64,000 nucleotides of DNA. Origin: Bacteroidales bacterium (GTDB lineage Bacteria; Bacteroidota; Bacteroidia; Bacteroidales; ML635J-15). Below the pieces are notes generated by a model. That model was not told the DNA's origin, ran no database searches, and saw only the letters and a list, made by a program, of their open reading frames with translations. Position numbers and translations under genes: made by a program. Where the stretch lies: positions 2,045 to 66,044 of the forward strand of contig JAFGVU010000045.1 in assembly GCA_016937855.1 (NCBI GenBank), written 5' to 3'. Positions 60,577 through 64,000 of the stretch are shown in pieces. Within the stretch, counting starts at the first letter, position 1. Each line of letters begins with the position of its first letter.

Positions 60577-63033
60577 ATGGGTAAAATAGAAGATTTTGAT
60601 TTATATGGAATGTTGCCGGGCGGTGATGAGAGAGATTCAGACATAATCCCGATTGTAACAAATTTTTTTGAGGACGACGAAAAGGATTTGAAAAAATATC
60701 CCGAAGAACTCCCAATACTACCTTTGCGCAACACTGTATTATTTCCCGGAGTAGTTATTCCACTTACGATTGGTCGAGACAAGTCTTTTCAGCTTATTAG
60801 AAGCATTCAAAACAATACTAAACTGTTTGGTGCGGTCTCCCAAAAGCAAGCAGAAGTTGAAGAGCCTAAACCAGAAGACCTATACTTAATTGGAACAGTT
60901 GCCGAAATTTTAAAAGTTATCGAAATGCCTGATAATACAATTTCTGTAATTATTCAGGGTAAAAAGCGTTTCATTATCGAAGATGTTTTTCAAACAGACC
61001 CTTTTTACAAAGCAAAGGTAAAATATGTGCCAGAAAGCAAAGCAAGTACTGATGATAAAAACTTTGCAGCAATTGTTTCATCACTAAAAGACCTATCTCT
61101 AAAAATAGTTAAACTAAGCGCTTCAATTCCACACGAAGTTTCATTTGCAATAAAAAATATCGACAATTCCTCGTTTTTAATCAATTTTATATGCTCAAAC
61201 AGCGACATTCCGCCTGCTGACAAGCAAAAACTTCTCGAAATTGGCGATATCAGCAAAAGAGCTGTTAAACTTTTAGAGTATTTGTCAAATCAGGTTCAAA
61301 TGCTTGAACTAAAGAATGACATACAAATAAAAGTCAAAAAAGAACTCGACAAGCAACAAAAAGAGTATTTGCTACACCAGCAAATGAAAACAATACAGCA
61401 AGAGTTAGGTGGTGGACCTGCCGAACAAGAGAAAAAAGACCTTGAAGATCGTGCGTCAAAAATGAAGTGGTCTAAAGAGATTAAAAGTCATTTCGACAAA
61501 GAATTAAAGAAACTCGACCATCTTAACCCTGCCTCTGCAGAATTCTCAGTTCAAATAAACTATTTGCACACTGTTCTCGACCTACCGTGGGGAGAATACA
61601 CTAAAGATAATTTCGACTTAAAGCGTGCAAAAAAAATACTCGACGAAGACCATTACGGACTCGACAATGTAAAAGATCGAATACTTGAACATCTTGCAGT
61701 ATTAAAGCTAAAAGGAGACCTAAAATCGCCGATTCTATGCCTTTATGGACCTCCCGGAGTTGGAAAAACCTCCTTAGGCAAAAGTGTTGCCCGCGCTTTA
61801 GGTAGAAAATATGTCAGAATGTCACTCGGTGGTGTTCACGATGAGTCAGAAATTAGAGGACATCGCAAAACATACATTGGAGCAATGCCCGGCAGGATTC
61901 TGCAAAACATAAGAAAAGCAAAGTCATCAAACCCTGTTTTTGTTTTAGACGAAATAGACAAAGTCGGCTCTGATTTTAGAGGAGACCCATCATCAGCACT
62001 GTTAGAAGTTTTAGATCCCGAACAAAACACAGAGTTTCACGACAATTTCCTGGAGTTGGAATATGATTTATCCAAGGTTTTGTTTATTGCAACTGCCAAT
62101 AATATTTCAACTATTAGTCCTGCTTTGAGAGATAGAATGGAGCTTATTGATGTTAGTGGTTATGTGGTTGAAGAAAAAGTTCAAATTGCAAAAAAACACC
62201 TAATTCCAAAGCAATTTGAAAATCATGGCATTAACAATTTAAAAATAAAAATCGACGACAAGGCTCTTATCAAAGTTGTAGAAGGCTATACTCGCGAATC
62301 AGGCGTAAGAAGCCTCGATAAAAATATCGCTACGCTTGCACGACAAATTGCAAGAAAAGTAGGTATGGACGAAGAAATTCCATCAATAATTACCGAAAAT
62401 CATATTCAGGAATATTTGGGACATCCTAAATTTATTAAAGAAAAGCACAAAGACGACGATATCGCCGGTGTTGTTACAGGACTTGCCTGGACCGCTGCCG
62501 GTGGTGAAATTCTATATATCGAAACTAGTTTGTCAAAGGGTAAGGGAAATCTTACGATTACCGGTAACTTAGGCGATGTAATGAAAGAATCTGCAACAAT
62601 TGCCTTAGAGTATATTAAATCGCATGCCGACAGTTTGGAAATTGACAATAAAGTTTTCGAAAACTGGAATATCCACCTACACGTTCCCGAAGGAGCTATC
62701 CCAAAAGATGGACCTTCGGCAGGGATAACAATGGCTACCGCTCTAGCATCTGCATACACACAACGCAAAGTCCAAAAAAGCATTGCTATGACCGGCGAAA
62801 TAACCCTTCGTGGAAAAGTACTTCCGGTTGGTGGAATTAAAGAAAAAATACTTGCTGCAAAACGTGCAGGAATTAAAGAAATAATTCTATCCGAAGAAAA
62901 CGAAAAAGATATAAGTGAAATTAAAGACATTTATATTAAAGATTTAAAATTTCACTATGTTTCTACAATTATCGATGTGCTTAATATCGCTCTTCTTAAA
63001 CAAAAAGTAAAAAATGCAAAAAAACTTGATTAG
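60577..63033 (+). CDS. lon: Lon protease
   Basis: [34 protein letters not shown]; probable start ATG 60577. Confidence 0.97.
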   Translation: MGKIEDFDLYGMLPGGDERDSDIIPIVTNFFEDDEKDLKKYPEELPILPLRNTVLFPGVVIPLTIGRDKSFQLIRSIQNNTKLFGAVSQKQAEVEEPKPEDLYLIGTVAEILKVIEMPDNTISVIIQGKKRFIIEDVFQTDPFYKAKVKYVPESKASTDDKNFAAIVSSLKDLSLKIVKLSASIPHEVSFAIKNIDNSSFLINFICSNSDIPPADKQKLLEIGDISKRAVKLLEYLSNQVQMLELKNDIQIKVKKELDKQQKEYLLHQQMKTIQQELGGGPAEQEKKDLEDRASKMKWSKEIKSHFDKELKKLDHLNPASAEFSVQINYLHTVLDLPWGEYTKDNFDLKRAKKILDEDHYGLDNVKDRILEHLAVLKLKGDLKSPILCLYGPPGVGKTSLGKSVARALGRKYVRMSLGGVHDESEIRGHRKTYIGAMPGRILQNIRKAKSSNPVFVLDEIDKVGSDFRGDPSSALLEVLDPEQNTEFHDNFLELEYDLSKVLFIATANNISTISPALRDRMELIDVSGYVVEEKVQIAKKHLIPKQFENHGINNLKIKIDDKALIKVVEGYTRESGVRSLDKNIATLARQIARKVGMDEEIPSIITENHIQEYLGHPKFIKEKHKDDDIAGVVTGLAWTAAGGEILYIETSLSKGKGNLTITGNLGDVMKESATIALEYIKSHADSLEIDNKVFENWNIHLHVPEGAIPKDGPSAGITMATALASAYTQRKVQKSIAMTGEITLRGKVLPVGGIKEKILAAKRAGIKEIILSEENEKDISEIKDIYIKDLKFHYVSTIIDVLNIALLKQKVKNAKKLD

Positions 63034-63143
63034 ATTATTGTCGGTTTGATTGATTGGGTTGTGTAAGGTAAGCTTCTCATCTGCCCTCAAAGCTCTCTAA
63101 CTATTGCAATGTTTTTACCTTTCCAGACACCTAATAAATTTTT

Positions 63144-64000
63144 CTACCTCATCAAATACATCTTGCCTATTTCTTTTTTAAAGTACTTGTCGGCTTCGGT
63201 AATACGATTGTCAATATCCTGACCATTTATTTTTGCTTTAACCTGGTAGAAATAAACACCGTTGGCAAGCTGATCGCCATACATGTCCTTACCATCCCAA
63301 GCGTACTCGGTTATGTTGCGACCAATACGTATCGGACCTAACTCATCAATAAATATAACTTTAACCAACTTTCCGGTTATAGTAAAGATTTCTATCTGCA
63401 ATTCATCAGGAATTTCGCTTCCGGTTAACTCAAAAACAAAACGAGTACTTGTACTAAAAGGATTTGGATAATTAAGTAAGCGAGTAATTGAGGACTGTGT
63501 AATAACCTCAAAATCAACAACATAATCGTTTTCACCTGACTCATTAGATGAAACGTCGGTTGCCTGAACTCTAAGCTGATACATACCATCTTCGTAAAAA
63601 ACAGGGTTGTAAATAATCTTGCATGAGTTGTCTGGCAAGTCGGCCGGAATCCACTCTATGGTTTCATCAGGATTTGATTGTTCTCCAAAATATATTCTTC
63701 TTTCATCGCCGGTTTGTAAATCGGTAAGATAGATTCTGAATAAAGATGTATCGTTTAAGGCTAAGTATTGGTTTTCGTCCTTTAGTTTAATAAGAATTTC
63801 GGGTTTTGCAGAAACTATTTCTCCATTCATTATGTAGCGACCATCGAAGCTTACATAAAGAATTGGATTGGTAATGTCTTTTTGAACATAAAAATACTTA
63901 ACTGCAATATTGTTAAAATGCTGCTGTTCTAATTGATAATATGTTCCGGTATTATCGTCGATCGGGTTGTACTCAACCCAGATACTATTAAGTCCGGTAA
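63144..64000 (-). CDS. C-terminal part of a large T9SS-associated protein (C25 peptidase / PorU-like), 5' end outside the window
   Basis: Frame stays open to the window edge (TGLNSIWVEYNP...NPILYVSFDGRYIMNGEIVS); NYPNPFS and WDGKDMYGDQLANGVYFY C-terminus. The catalytic domain is not visible. Confidence 0.7.
   Translation of the reverse strand, partial: TGLNSIWVEYNPIDDNTGTYYQLEQQHFNNIAVKYFYVQKDITNPILYVSFDGRYIMNGEIVSAKPEILIKLKDENQYLALNDTSLFRIYLTDLQTGDERRIYFGEQSNPDETIEWIPADLPDNSCKIIYNPVFYEDGMYQLRVQATDVSSNESGENDYVVDFEVITQSSITRLLNYPNPFSTSTRFVFELTGSEIPDELQIEIFTITGKLVKVIFIDELGPIRIGRNITEYAWDGKDMYGDQLANGVYFYQVKAKINGQDIDNRITEADKYFKKEIGKMYLMR

Noticed and set aside
63034-63143. Weak inverted repeats between convergent lon and the C25-like gene
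   Set aside because: Only about 7-bp arms (AAGGTAA/TTACCTT), not distinguishable from chance

Overview
AT-rich chromosomal segment of a Bacteroidota organism, most likely Bacteroidales-like. Evidence: TAnnTTTG -7 promoters, T9SS C-terminal domains, acpP-fabF-rnc, rsfS-ftsH-cdsA and a detached atpD-atpC pair. Most of it is housekeeping (prmC, tsaC, dapD, mutL, rnc, fabF, acpP, purN, riboflavin synthase, rlmN, ald, rnr, rsfS, ftsH, lpxD, rsgA, atpD/C, L31 type B, lon, tRNA-Leu(CAA)). There is also a giant truncated adhesin at the left edge, scattered surface-glycan genes and T9SS cargo genes. The most unusual structure is a four-helix-bundle (23S rRNA IVP / Avd-like) gene at 23552-23932. It is bracketed by oppositely oriented heptamer-repeat arrays: a long G-free left array with an exact 50-bp higher-order period, and a short inverted right array that forms the predicted 5' UTR and start codon of the next gene. 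Other leads: a sigma54-type promoter plus terminator defining a candidate small RNA (7806-7901), a nested-palindrome MITE-like element (32149-32367), a G-U-polarised structured element (44398-44586), a probable 6S/Bacteroidales-1 RNA (47012-47152), and two unrelated hydrolases sharing a near-identical T9SS CTD. All calls come from reading the sequence by eye; no database searches were run.
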